From positions 32,001 to 96,000 of the forward strand of contig CAWDKY010000016.1 of the NCBI GenBank assembly GCA_963802945.1: DNA of 64,000 nt, given 5' to 3'. The position numbers and the translations under genes were made by a program. This document shows, piece after piece, positions 9,517 through 18,787 of the stretch; position 1 is the stretch's first letter; each line of letters opens with the position of its first letter. This DNA is from an uncultured delta proteobacterium (GTDB lineage: Bacteria; Desulfobacterota; RBG-13-43-22). Below the pieces are notes generated by a model that saw only the letters and a list, made by a program, of their open reading frames with translations, was not told the origin of the DNA and made no database searches.

Positions 9517-9816
9517 TTATTTTGTTGTTTCCTCAATAATTGTGATTTCATCTTCGGTCAATTCATATAGATCATAAACCAGTTGGTCGATTTGGTGGTC
9601 ATTAGAGTCGATTTGACGTTGGAGGACGATCTTTTCTTGGTCAGTTTTAGCCTCGGCATAACCTTGCTTGTTGTCCACGTCCCAGCCCAGGGCCTCAAAA
9701 AATGGATCCACAAACTCCCGGCGCAATTGGGTCTCGTTGTAGGGGTCGGAGTGGTAGGCTTCACGATTCTGTTCGAATCGCTCAATCAACTTGAGAATTT
9801 CATGGGGAATGGCCAC
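9517..9816 (-). pseudogene. Internally deleted type IIG (Eco57I-like) restriction-modification gene
   Basis: N-terminal YNETQLRREFVDPFFEALGWD fused directly to C-terminal RQIDSNDHQIDQLVYDLYELTEDEITIIE. Confidence 0.75.
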
Positions 9817-9890
9817 TTGTCCTCCGCTTTAAGTAATTACTTTACCATATAAGCGGCTAAGGTCAATTGAGACAAAAATAATTCTCTTTT

Positions 9891-10032
9891 GAGCCTCTTG
9901 CAAGAGTCCAGTTATGTCATTCCGGCCCCGCATCAAGTGCGGGATAGACTCCAGCCGGAATCCAGTCTTTTCAATGCATTCTGGACACCGGCTTTCTCCG
10001 GTGTGACGAAATTTGAGAGATTTGCAAGGACC
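9891..10032. repeat. REP-like doublet inside a MITE-like shell
   Basis: GTCATTCCGGC[CCCGCATCAAGTGCGGGATAGACTCCA]GCCGGAATCC...GGACACCGGCTTTCTCCGGTGTGAC; outer CTTGCAAG/TTTGCAAG. Confidence 0.75.
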
Positions 10033-10046
10033 TTTTTATTAGGGAA

Positions 10047-11438
10047 TCAGAGTTTGTCTTCCTCTTGCATCTTTCCAATGGATCGTCGGAATACGGCTCT
10101 GGCTATATGGTAGTCCCATTCGGCCTCGACTTGGGTTGACAGGGCCCGGACCAGGGCGGTCTGAGCATCCAAGAGATCGGTGATGGTTCCGGCCCCGACT
10201 TCATAGCGTTCCTTGGCCATACGCATACTCTCCTGGGCATCCTGAACCAAAACTTTGGTTGTCTGCACCGCCGCATAAGCTTCATTGATTTTGGAGTGGG
10301 CTGTCCAGACCTCTTGCCTCACCTTTAAGAGGAGTTGCTTGGCCTCGGCCTCTTCCCTGGAAACTTCTGCCTTGGCCTTGTCCAATTGGTGCTTTCGAAA
10401 AAAACCCGTAAACAGGGGCCATTCGATAGAGATTCCGGCCAACCACTCTTCATCCTTGGGAAAAAAATTTGAGTCTTGCCGGCCGTAACTTCCCTCGGCC
10501 CGGACCTTTGGGCCAAAGGCGCTTGTAGCCGCCTGCACCCCCCTCTGCTGGGCTTCGATGCGTTTAAGAGCGGCCTTGATCTCCGGACGGTTTTGGATGG
10601 CCTGATTCAAGGCATTAGAAAGATCGAGGGAATTCGGAGACCCTATTTCTTCTCCTTTGGTTTCAATGACAAGAGACCTCTCTGCGGGCAGGCCCATCAC
10701 CGTATTCAAACTCCCTTTAGAAATACGGACCAGATTTTCAGCCCGGACCAGGGCTAGCTCGGCATTGGCCTTTTCCACTTGGACCCGAAGGACATCGGCC
10801 TGGGAAACCGCCCCGGCTGCCTTTCGTTCTTCGGCCAATCGTAAATGATCTTTGGCCCGGATCAAATTTTGTTCAGCTACCGAGAAAGTTTCCATGGCTG
10901 CTGCTAATCCATAAAAATCCTGATGAACACCTAACACCAGATCCTGGATGACCCTGGCTTTTTCCTCCTCAGCCACCCCTTGTCTGGCCAGAGCCGATTG
11001 GTAATTGGCCCGCCGTTCGCCGCTGTCAAAAAGGGTATAGCGGGCCCGGATTCCAGCCTTCCAGTCGTCGGTTGGGCCGACGATTGTGGGGATGGACCGG
11101 CCAAGGATACTGCCAAGGGAAGAAATCCCATTGGGCAGAAAGGCATGTTGTTGCCAATAGGAGTAACCTGTTTGGAGGCCCAGCTCGGGATAATAGGGGG
11201 CCTTGGCTTCTCCAGCGGTCTCTTTGGCCGCCAGCACACCCATCATGGCCGATTGTTGGCTGGGATTGGTTTCCAGGGCAATTTTTATGCAGTCTTGGAG
11301 GGACAAGGGTTTATTGGATGAATCCACCTTGGGAGACTCAGCCCGAACCGGCCAGGTAAATCCCAGAACGAGTACGGCTAATCCCAAGAATAGAGTGATC
11401 AAGCTAACCCTATTAACTGCTTTATTGAAAGGAATCAT
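10047..11438 (-). CDS. TolC-family outer-membrane efflux protein
   Basis: Signal peptide; LSLQDCIKIALETNP; ERYEVGAGTITDLLDAQ; GGAGG RBS before 11438. Confidence 0.9.
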   Translation of the reverse strand: MIPFNKAVNRVSLITLFLGLAVLVLGFTWPVRAESPKVDSSNKPLSLQDCIKIALETNPSQQSAMMGVLAAKETAGEAKAPYYPELGLQTGYSYWQQHAFLPNGISSLGSILGRSIPTIVGPTDDWKAGIRARYTLFDSGERRANYQSALARQGVAEEEKARVIQDLVLGVHQDFYGLAAAMETFSVAEQNLIRAKDHLRLAEERKAAGAVSQADVLRVQVEKANAELALVRAENLVRISKGSLNTVMGLPAERSLVIETKGEEIGSPNSLDLSNALNQAIQNRPEIKAALKRIEAQQRGVQAATSAFGPKVRAEGSYGRQDSNFFPKDEEWLAGISIEWPLFTGFFRKHQLDKAKAEVSREEAEAKQLLLKVRQEVWTAHSKINEAYAAVQTTKVLVQDAQESMRMAKERYEVGAGTITDLLDAQTALVRALSTQVEAEWDYHIARAVFRRSIGKMQEEDKL

Positions 11439-11475
11439 TGCGTCCTCCTTGTGCTTATAACGAAAACAAGAGTAA

Positions 11476-11564
11476 TGAATTCCGAATATCGAATTTCGAA
11501 TTATGAAGTAATTTCCTTCCACCTTTCTTCGACATTCATTATTCGTTATTCGACATTCGATATT
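11476..11564. repeat. Heptamer tandem-repeat hairpin
   Basis: GAATTCC GAATATC GAATTTC GAATTAT ... ACATTC ATTATTC GTTATTC GACATTC GATATT, inverted arms. Confidence 0.75.
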
Positions 11565-11608
11565 AATAGAAAAATACTTTGGTGCTTCACAGCAGACCTA
11601 TAGGTTCA

Positions 11609-12739
11609 TTATGACATAGTTTTTCGAAACCGTTTTGAAGCTGTCCAAAGAACAAACAAACCCATGATGGCCAAAACCGCCATATGGGGCCATAAGATTG
11701 CCATCCCCACACCTTTAAGAAAAATCCCCCGGATGATAACCAGAAAATAACGCAGGGGATTAATATAGGTGAGCCATTGGATGACCTCCGGCATATTGGC
11801 AATGGGAAATACAAACCCGGAAAGCAGCATAGCCGGAAATACAAAAAAGAAGGCGCTCATCATGGCTTGCTGCTGGGTCTTACTGACAGTGGAAATAAGA
11901 AGTCCTACCCCCAGAGTGGTCATGACATAAAGTCCGGTGGCCAGGAAAAGTAACAACAGGTTTCCCCGGATGGGTACCTCAAACCAGAAAATTCCGACCA
12001 GAGAGACCAGAAGTACATCGATGAAACTGATCAGGGTGAAAGGGACGGTCTTTCCCATAATAAATTCTTTGGGTGTAATGGGAGTGACCATGATCTGTTC
12101 CATGGTCCCGATTTCTTTTTCACGGACAACGGCCATACTCGTTAACAAAAGCGTGACCAGCATGACCAGCAGAGCGATCACTCCGGGCACAAAAAAATTC
12201 CGGCTTTCCAGATTATCATTGAACCAGGCCCGGCTCTCCAGGTCCACCTGACCAAAGACCAGCCCTCCACCCAATAGGCGGGAGGACCTCTCGGCCAGGG
12301 CTTCCTGGGAATATTGGGCCACAATTTTATTGCTGTAACCCAGAACAATGGCCGCCGTATTGGAATCGGTCCCGTCCAGGATCAATTGCAAGGGGGCTTT
12401 ACGCCCGGCGGCTAAATCCCGGCCGAACTCCTTGTTGATATGAAGAAGGATCTGGACCCGCCCTTGATCCATCAATTCCCGGATTTGATCTTCCCGGTAT
12501 ACAAATTCATCGACCTGAAAATAACCGGATTTGACAAAACGATCCACCACCTCACGGCTGTAAACGCTGTTGTCCTGATCGTAAACCGCCATGGACACGT
12601 TTTTGACATCGGTTGTTACGGCATACCCGAAGATAAGCACCTGAAAAACAGGCATTATAAAAATAATGGCTCTCGATCTGGGATCGCGAAGGATCTGAAT
12701 AAATTCTTTGACCAGGATCTGCTTAATTCGTTCCCACAT
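11609..12739 (-). CDS. ybhR: ABC-2 permease, YbhR-like
   Basis: KEFIQILRDPR, DGTDSNTA, REKEIGTMEQ, LSGFVFPIANMP. Confidence 0.88.
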   Translation of the reverse strand: MWERIKQILVKEFIQILRDPRSRAIIFIMPVFQVLIFGYAVTTDVKNVSMAVYDQDNSVYSREVVDRFVKSGYFQVDEFVYREDQIRELMDQGRVQILLHINKEFGRDLAAGRKAPLQLILDGTDSNTAAIVLGYSNKIVAQYSQEALAERSSRLLGGGLVFGQVDLESRAWFNDNLESRNFFVPGVIALLVMLVTLLLTSMAVVREKEIGTMEQIMVTPITPKEFIMGKTVPFTLISFIDVLLVSLVGIFWFEVPIRGNLLLLFLATGLYVMTTLGVGLLISTVSKTQQQAMMSAFFFVFPAMLLSGFVFPIANMPEVIQWLTYINPLRYFLVIIRGIFLKGVGMAILWPHMAVLAIMGLFVLWTASKRFRKTMS

Positions 12740-12741
12740 GA

Positions 12742-13875
12742 TTAGGCCAGTTTCTTTTTAAATTTCTTTATGGCCAAGACAAACATCAACAAGGAAAAAA
12801 TGATCAGAAATACACCTTCCACGGCCAAAATCCTGGGACCGACGCCTTTTAAATAAATCCCTTTTAAAAGGGTGATGAAATACCTGGCAGGAATCAGATA
12901 TGAAATCCCTTGCAGGACTTTTGGCATACTGCGGATGGGAAAAGCCAGACCGGAAAGCAAAAAGGACGGCAGAAAAGTGGCTACCATAGCGATTTGGCTG
13001 GACAGCAACTGGCTCTTGGTGGTGATGCTGATGAACATACCTAAGGACAAAGTCCCGACGAGGAAAACCGCCGCCGAGCCGAAAATCAAACCCGGATTTC
13101 CCCGAAGAGGTACATGAAAAAGAAACTCGCCCATCAAAACGGCCACTAAGACATCAAACATACCGATGCAAAAATAAGGGATCAATTTTCCTATAATCAA
13201 CTCCGGGGCCTTGACCGGTGTGGAAATCAATTGTTCCATAGTCCCCTGTTCCCATTCCCGGGCCACGGTCAAAGAGGTCAGCAAAGCGGCAATGACCATC
13301 ATGATGACGGCCAGTAGGCCGGGAATGATATAGTTCCTGGATTCCAGGTCGGCGTTGAACCAGACCCGGGGATGGAAGTCGATGGGACTTTCAACCGCCC
13401 GTCCTCCCTGGCGTTGAATTTCCTTCAGAGCGACGTCCTGATTATAGCCCATGGTGATCCCTTCAGCATAACCCATAGCGATGGTGGCCGTGTTGGAATC
13501 ACTCCCGTCGATAATCAGTTGAAGAGGGGTCTTGCGTCCTGAAGCGAGGCGGCCTGAAAAATCCGGCGGGATGATCAGGGCAGCCAAGGCCCGGCGAGAA
13601 TCGATGGCTTCTTCCACCGCACGGTAGCCCTCCACATAACCCTGGAGAGAAAAATAGTGAGAGCCCAAAAAGCGACTGATCAAATCCCGGCTGACCTGGG
13701 ATCGATTCTGATCCCAGATGACCATGGGCACATGATCCACATCAAGGGTCAGAGCATAACCAAAGAGGATCAAGAGGATCATCGGTATGGCGATACCCAT
13801 GCCCAGACTTCTCGGATCACGGAAAATGTGGAGGAACTCTTTACGGGTCACGGCCCAGGTGCGTTTCAGTTTCAT
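12742..13875 (-). CDS. ybhS: ABC-2 permease, YbhS-like
   Basis: KEFLHIFRDPRS, AREWEQGTMEQL. Confidence 0.88.
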   Translation of the reverse strand: MKLKRTWAVTRKEFLHIFRDPRSLGMGIAIPMILLILFGYALTLDVDHVPMVIWDQNRSQVSRDLISRFLGSHYFSLQGYVEGYRAVEEAIDSRRALAALIIPPDFSGRLASGRKTPLQLIIDGSDSNTATIAMGYAEGITMGYNQDVALKEIQRQGGRAVESPIDFHPRVWFNADLESRNYIIPGLLAVIMMVIAALLTSLTVAREWEQGTMEQLISTPVKAPELIIGKLIPYFCIGMFDVLVAVLMGEFLFHVPLRGNPGLIFGSAAVFLVGTLSLGMFISITTKSQLLSSQIAMVATFLPSFLLSGLAFPIRSMPKVLQGISYLIPARYFITLLKGIYLKGVGPRILAVEGVFLIIFSLLMFVLAIKKFKKKLA

Positions 13876-14846
13876 TTGCGCACCTCGGCTTGAGGCTGCT
13901 CAGCCCGGTCACGGGCCTCGATCAGGGAAACGAAGACGTCTTCCAGGGATGGGATGATTTTTTCAATGCGGAAGACTTTAAATCCTCGGTCAACCAATGT
14001 GCTTTGAATATTTTCAATGGCTTTAACGGCATCCTCGACAACGAGATGAATCCCCTTGCCGAAAAGGGCAGCCTCCCGGACAGCAGATATCTTTTCAAGG
14101 ACTTCCATGGCTTCCTGGGGCCGTTCGCACAGACATTCCAAGACTTCCTCCTGCATCCATTGGGTCTTCAGCATTTCCGGGGTCCCCAGGGCAATCAATT
14201 CTCCCCGGTAGATCAGACCGATCCGGTCGCAGTATTCGGCCTCATCCATATAATGGGTGGTCACAAAAACCGTCACCCCTTTGCCTGCCAGCTCATAAAT
14301 AAGATCCCAGAACCGGCGACGGCAGATCGGATCCACCCCTGAGGTTGGTTCGTCCAAAAAAATGATCGGGGGTTCATGGAGAACGGCGCACCCCAGAGCC
14401 AGGCGCTGTTTCCAGCCACCGGAGAGCTCGGCCGTTCGAGAATTGCGGTGGTCCATAAGGCCCGCCATTCGGAGCACCCAATCTTTCCGTTCTTCTTTTT
14501 TTCCCTCGGGAATATTGTAGATACCGCTGTAGAAATTGATGTTTTCTTCCACGGTCAGATCTTCATAGAGGGAAAATCTCTGGCTCATATAACCAATATG
14601 AGCTTTGATCTTTTCCGCTTCCTTCAAGATATCGAATCCGGCCACTGTACCTGTTCCGCCGCTGGGGGCCAAAATGCCGCAAAGCATGCGGATGGTAGTT
14701 GACTTGCCGGCTCCATTTGGTCCCAGGAAACCGAAAATCTCCCCCTTTTTTATCTCAAAGCTGACCCGGTTCACGGCCGTAAAGGCCCCAAAACGCCTTT
14801 CCAGATCTTTAACAACAACGGCCTGGCCGTTTTCAGAGGCTGTCAT
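13872..14846 (-). CDS. ybhF: ABC transporter ATP-binding protein (second half of a split YbhF)
   Basis: GPNGAGKST, LSGGWKQRL, LDEPTSGVDP. Confidence 0.88.
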   Translation of the reverse strand: MTASENGQAVVVKDLERRFGAFTAVNRVSFEIKKGEIFGFLGPNGAGKSTTIRMLCGILAPSGGTGTVAGFDILKEAEKIKAHIGYMSQRFSLYEDLTVEENINFYSGIYNIPEGKKEERKDWVLRMAGLMDHRNSRTAELSGGWKQRLALGCAVLHEPPIIFLDEPTSGVDPICRRRFWDLIYELAGKGVTVFVTTHYMDEAEYCDRIGLIYRGELIALGTPEMLKTQWMQEEVLECLCERPQEAMEVLEKISAVREAALFGKGIHLVVEDAVKAIENIQSTLVDRGFKVFRIEKIIPSLEDVFVSLIEARDRAEQPQAEVRK

Positions 14847-15838
14847 TGGCCTTCCCGCTGATGAATGATCTCCCCTCCTTTTCCTATAGGGAGCTTAAAA
14901 TTTAAACGAGAAGGACTTTCCTCTTGTTGGGCTACTACTGAAATAAAGATATCTTCCAGAGAAGGTTCAATAGGCGTGATCCCTAATGATGAGAAGCCGG
15001 CCTGAGTGATCATCTTTTCAACCTGTTGTGATTCCTCCCTGGGTTTTTCGGTAATCAGGTGAATCCGATCGCCGAAAAGGCCCACTGAATCGGCTGCATA
15101 ATGTTCCCTTAGCAAGGCCGTAACCTTTCGAGGCTGGTCGGAACGAACCTCCAGGATCGTTCCCTTCATCAGATGCTTCATTTCTTCGGGAATCCCCAGA
15201 GCCAATATTTTTCCTTTATGAATGAGACCGATCCGATTACACCTTTCCGCTTCATCCAGATAAGCGGTAGAAATAAAAATAGTCACTTTTTCTTTTAGCA
15301 GTTGATAAAGGATGCGCCAGAAGTCCCTCCGGGAGACCGGGTCCACTCCGTTGGTCGGCTCATCCAAGAAAAGGACCTCGGGGGTATGGATCAGGGCACA
15401 GGCCAGCCCCAATTTTTGTTTCATTCCACCGGAGAGATTCCCGGCCTGTCGTTTTTTGAAAGGGGTCAAATTACTGAAACTCAAGAGGCGGTTGATCTTT
15501 TCTTCCCGCCCTTTTCGGGGAAGACCATAGATATCGGCATAAAATAAAATATTTTCCATCACGGTGAGATCGGGATAGAGACCAAAGCGCTGGCTCATAT
15601 ATCCGATTTTTTCCTTGATGGTCTCGGCTTCCTTGATAATGTTGTGACCGGCCACCCAGGCCTCTCCAGAGGTAGGGTCCAGGATGGTGGATAAAAGACG
15701 CATGGTTGTGGTCTTGCCGGCACCGTCCGGGCCCACCAGACCGAAGATCTCGCCTTCGGCGATTTCCAGATTAAGGGAATCCACCGCAGTCAGACCGTCA
15801 AAAGATTTGGTCAAGTTTTTGGTTTTTATAGCTGCCAT
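14843..15838 (-). CDS. ybhF: ABC transporter ATP-binding protein (first half of a split YbhF)
   Basis: GPDGAGKTT, LSGGMKQKL, LDEPTNGVDP. Confidence 0.88.
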   Translation of the reverse strand: MAAIKTKNLTKSFDGLTAVDSLNLEIAEGEIFGLVGPDGAGKTTTMRLLSTILDPTSGEAWVAGHNIIKEAETIKEKIGYMSQRFGLYPDLTVMENILFYADIYGLPRKGREEKINRLLSFSNLTPFKKRQAGNLSGGMKQKLGLACALIHTPEVLFLDEPTNGVDPVSRRDFWRILYQLLKEKVTIFISTAYLDEAERCNRIGLIHKGKILALGIPEEMKHLMKGTILEVRSDQPRKVTALLREHYAADSVGLFGDRIHLITEKPREESQQVEKMITQAGFSSLGITPIEPSLEDIFISVVAQQEESPSRLNFKLPIGKGGEIIHQREGQ

Positions 15839-15859
15839 ATCATTCTAAATCCTAACAAC

Positions 15860-16175
15860 TGAAATTCGAAATCCGAAACAAATCCAAAATTCAAAAATTC
15901 AATTTTGATGATCTCGAAAAAAGTCGCCAAAGGCCAATGTTAGTCATTCCGGTCCCGCATCAAATGCGGGATAGACTCCAGCCGGAATCTAGTATTTTTT
16001 GGAAGTTATGAATCTTCTGGGCACCGGCTTTCGCCGGTGTGACGACTTTTTACGAATTCGTTAATTTTGTAAACGTTTTTTCCATTGATATTTGTTTCGA
16101 ATTTGTTCCCTATGGTCACTCCCATCCCGATTGCATCGGGATGGGTTCCCGGTTTCGTGCTTAGAATTTCGAATT
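15860..16175. repeat. Heptamer-repeat hairpin containing a nested MITE, a REP doublet and a mini-palindrome
   Basis: Outer GAAATTC GAAATCC GAAAC / GTTTC GAATTT arms; TTTGATGATCTCGAAAAAAGTCG...CGACTTTTTACGAATTCGTTAA shell (15903-16064); REP core 15943-16043. Confidence 0.7.
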
Positions 16176-17162
16176 TTAATTTAAAAATATTTCCCCATCG
16201 GCCGGCATGCCGGGTTTCAACTCCATATTGGGATTGGGGATCTCCACTTTAATGCGATAGACCAGTTTCACCCGTTCTTTTTGCGTTTGAATATTTTTGG
16301 GGGTGAACTCGGACTGAGGGGCGATAAAAGAAATTTTACCCTCGTAGGGTTTTCCGGGAAAGGTGTCGGTGGTCACCCGCACCTTTTGTCCCACCTTGAC
16401 TCGCCCCAAATCGGTTTCGTTGATGTAGGCCCGCAGATAGAGCTGGCTTACATCGCCCATTGAAATGATCGGGGTTCCCGGTGAAACATATTCACCGGCT
16501 TCCACGTTTTCCGAAAGGACCATCCCTGAGATAGGAGACAGCAGGGTCGCATATTGCAACCTGGTTTGCGCCAGTCCCAAAGCTTGTTTGGCCTGTTCCA
16601 AGGTGGCTTGGGCCTGCTCAATTTTTTCCTGGCGCGGACCTTTTCGAACCAGAGTAAAAAATTCCTTGGCCTCCCGGATTCGGGCCTCGGCCGCCTCATA
16701 GGTAGTTTTGGCCAGGTCAAATTCCCGGGTAGAGATGACCTCTCTTTCATATAGTCTTTTCTGTCTTTGAAACTCTAGGGTAGCCCGGTCTCCGTCAGCC
16801 TTGGCCCGTTCCAAAGCAGCCTGGGCCTGGGCGATCTCCTCCGGTCGCGAGCCGGCCTGCAGTTCGGCCAAAACGGCCCGGGCAGTGGCCACCTGGGCCT
16901 GACGCTGGGCAATTTCCAGTTTCAAATCTTTATCGTCCAGACGGGCCACCACCTGACCGGCTTTTATCATTTGTCCTTCACTGACCGGCCGTTCTTCCAC
17001 CCGCCCCGGAATCTTAAAACCGACTTCCACATCGGTAATCTCAATGTTCCCTGAAACCCGAATACGATTCAAATCCTGGGCGCGATGATTCTTAAAATAA
17101 AAAATGCCGGCAATCGCAGCGGCGATTACCAACAACAAAAGGATGATGATCTTCTTTTTCAT
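16176..17162 (-). CDS. ybhG: HlyD/YbhG-family periplasmic adaptor
   Basis: VSGNIEITDVEVGFKIPGRV; EFTPKNIQTQKERVKLVYRIK. Confidence 0.88.
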   Translation of the reverse strand: MKKKIIILLLLVIAAAIAGIFYFKNHRAQDLNRIRVSGNIEITDVEVGFKIPGRVEERPVSEGQMIKAGQVVARLDDKDLKLEIAQRQAQVATARAVLAELQAGSRPEEIAQAQAALERAKADGDRATLEFQRQKRLYEREVISTREFDLAKTTYEAAEARIREAKEFFTLVRKGPRQEKIEQAQATLEQAKQALGLAQTRLQYATLLSPISGMVLSENVEAGEYVSPGTPIISMGDVSQLYLRAYINETDLGRVKVGQKVRVTTDTFPGKPYEGKISFIAPQSEFTPKNIQTQKERVKLVYRIKVEIPNPNMELKPGMPADGEIFLN

Positions 17163-17271
17163 GGCTGATATCCCTTTGAGAGGATTATGGAATTGTTGAC
17201 AGTTGAGGATACTGAATCAGATCCCCGAATAGGACATACCCCTCGAATTATTTCATTATTTTAATCCTTAG

Positions 17272-17502
17272 TTACCCGGTCTTCTTGACATAGGCATGAA
17301 AGGTCCCTTTTTCATCTTCCACTCCCAGACACTCATGACCCGTTTGCTTGCACCAGTTCGACATATCTTGCTTTATCCCTTCATCATCGGCCAGAACTTC
17401 CAATACCTGCCCTGGTTTTAATGCTTTGATTTTACGGGCCGTTTCCACGATAGGCATGGGACAGTAAAGTCCCACACAATCCAGTGTTTCATCTGCTTTC
17501 AT
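17272..17502 (-). CDS. tusA: TusA-family sulfurtransferase
   Basis: LDCVGLYCPMP (CPxP) motif. Confidence 0.9.
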   Translation of the reverse strand: MKADETLDCVGLYCPMPIVETARKIKALKPGQVLEVLADDEGIKQDMSNWCKQTGHECLGVEDEKGTFHAYVKKTG

Positions 17503-17556
17503 GGTTTTCCTCCTAAATCATCCTGCCCCAATCGGGAGCCATGAGGCATGGGAAAA

Positions 17557-17650
17557 AGTTCAAGGATTCGAGGGGTCAAGGATTCAAGGACCGCAGGGCG
17601 GAGAGAAAGGCAAGGAAGGTTAAACCCTGGAATCCTTGAATCCTGGAACC
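17557..17650. repeat. Octamer tandem-repeat hairpin
   Basis: AGGATTCG AGGGGTCA AGGATTCA AGG ... CCTGGAAT CCTTGAAT CCTGGAAC CCT. Confidence 0.75.
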
Positions 17651-17661
17651 CTATTTTTGTA

Positions 17662-18144
17662 TTAAATAAACAGGTTAACTTTGCTGTCCCTGGCCACAGC
17701 CAAATAGGTGGCCACGCCGGCAAAATTATTAACCTCCGGGATAAAAGCATCATGTCCGATTCCCATCATCCCCATGGAGGTGGTGCAGGCAATAAATTTG
17801 ACGCCGAACTCCTGAGCAATCTTAATCTGCTCTTCCACCTGGGGAAACTTGATATCCTGCATCAATTTCTGCATCATCCACTTGCCCATACCCAGCATGT
17901 GAAATTTTGATAAAGGCAATCTCTTGGAGCCGCCACGGTTCATGGTATTGAGCATTTTTCTCATAATCCCTTTGCTGGAAATGCGACCCTCATTTTTTTT
18001 AATCAGGTTAAGTCCCCAGAAGGTAAAGAACATGGTTACATCCATTCCGGAGGTCGCCCCTCCGATAGCCAGGTTAAAAGCAGCCAGGGCTTTATCCATC
18101 TCCCCGCTAAAGACGATAATAGTCATCTTGTCCTGTTCGGCCAT
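17662..18144 (-). CDS. dsrE2: DsrE2/DsrE-F-like sulfur carrier
   Basis: IIVFSGEMDKALAA, MFFTFWGL, IACTTSMGMMG, NLFI C-terminus. Confidence 0.85.
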   Translation of the reverse strand: MAEQDKMTIIVFSGEMDKALAAFNLAIGGATSGMDVTMFFTFWGLNLIKKNEGRISSKGIMRKMLNTMNRGGSKRLPLSKFHMLGMGKWMMQKLMQDIKFPQVEEQIKIAQEFGVKFIACTTSMGMMGIGHDAFIPEVNNFAGVATYLAVARDSKVNLFI

Positions 18145-18164
18145 TTGATCCTCCTCCCACCCTG

Positions 18165-18359
18165 TTAATCCAAGGGTTCTCCACATTCAGGGCATTTTTT
18201 TGTTTTTTTCTCAATTATTATTCCACAATTAAGACAATGGACATGAACAACACGGCATGCCTGGCAGAACGAGGGTTTGGATTCTATAATCTCCTCTTCG
18301 CAATAGATGCACAAGCATTGCCCTTCGGTTTTAGGTAGCGCAGGCTGCTTCGTTCTCAT
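18165..18359 (-). CDS. Small multi-CxxC zinc-ribbon protein
   Basis: CIYC, CQAC, CLNC, CPEC; overlaps the end of iscU. Confidence 0.65.
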   Translation of the reverse strand: MRTKQPALPKTEGQCLCIYCEEEIIESKPSFCQACRVVHVHCLNCGIIIEKKTKKCPECGEPLD

Positions 18360-18783
18360 GGTCATGATCCTCCTCCTCTTCTTTTATCTTTTCTAAACCT
18401 TTTATCGTTAAATTATTTTTCTTGGCATAGTTGGCAATGGCTTTCCCCAAAGCCTGGGCTCCCAGATTGGAACAATGATACTTATTCTTAGGCAGATCAC
18501 CCAGCTCCTTGGCCACGAAGGCTGGTGTGATCGTCAACGCTTCTTCGAGGGTTTTACCCTTGGCCATCTCACTGACCTTGCTGGAAACGGCAATGGCCGC
18601 CCCACAGCCGAAGGTTTGATATTTCACGTCTTCCAGGCGACCATCTTTCACTTTGATGTAAAAGGTCATCATATCGCCGCAAACAGGGTTACCCACTTCA
18701 CCAATACCGTCGGCATCTTTAATTTCACCGACATTACGAGGATTGGTGAAATGGTCCATCACTTCTTGACTATAAACCGGCAT
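18331..18783 (-). CDS. iscU: Fe-S scaffold NifU/IscU (N-terminal type)
   Basis: YSQEVMDHFTNPRNVG, GNPVCGD, FGCGAAIA, KYHCSNL. Confidence 0.93.
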   Translation of the reverse strand: MPVYSQEVMDHFTNPRNVGEIKDADGIGEVGNPVCGDMMTFYIKVKDGRLEDVKYQTFGCGAAIAVSSKVSEMAKGKTLEEALTITPAFVAKELGDLPKNKYHCSNLGAQALGKAIANYAKKNNLTIKGLEKIKEEEEDHDHENEAACAT

Positions 18784-18787
18784 ACCA

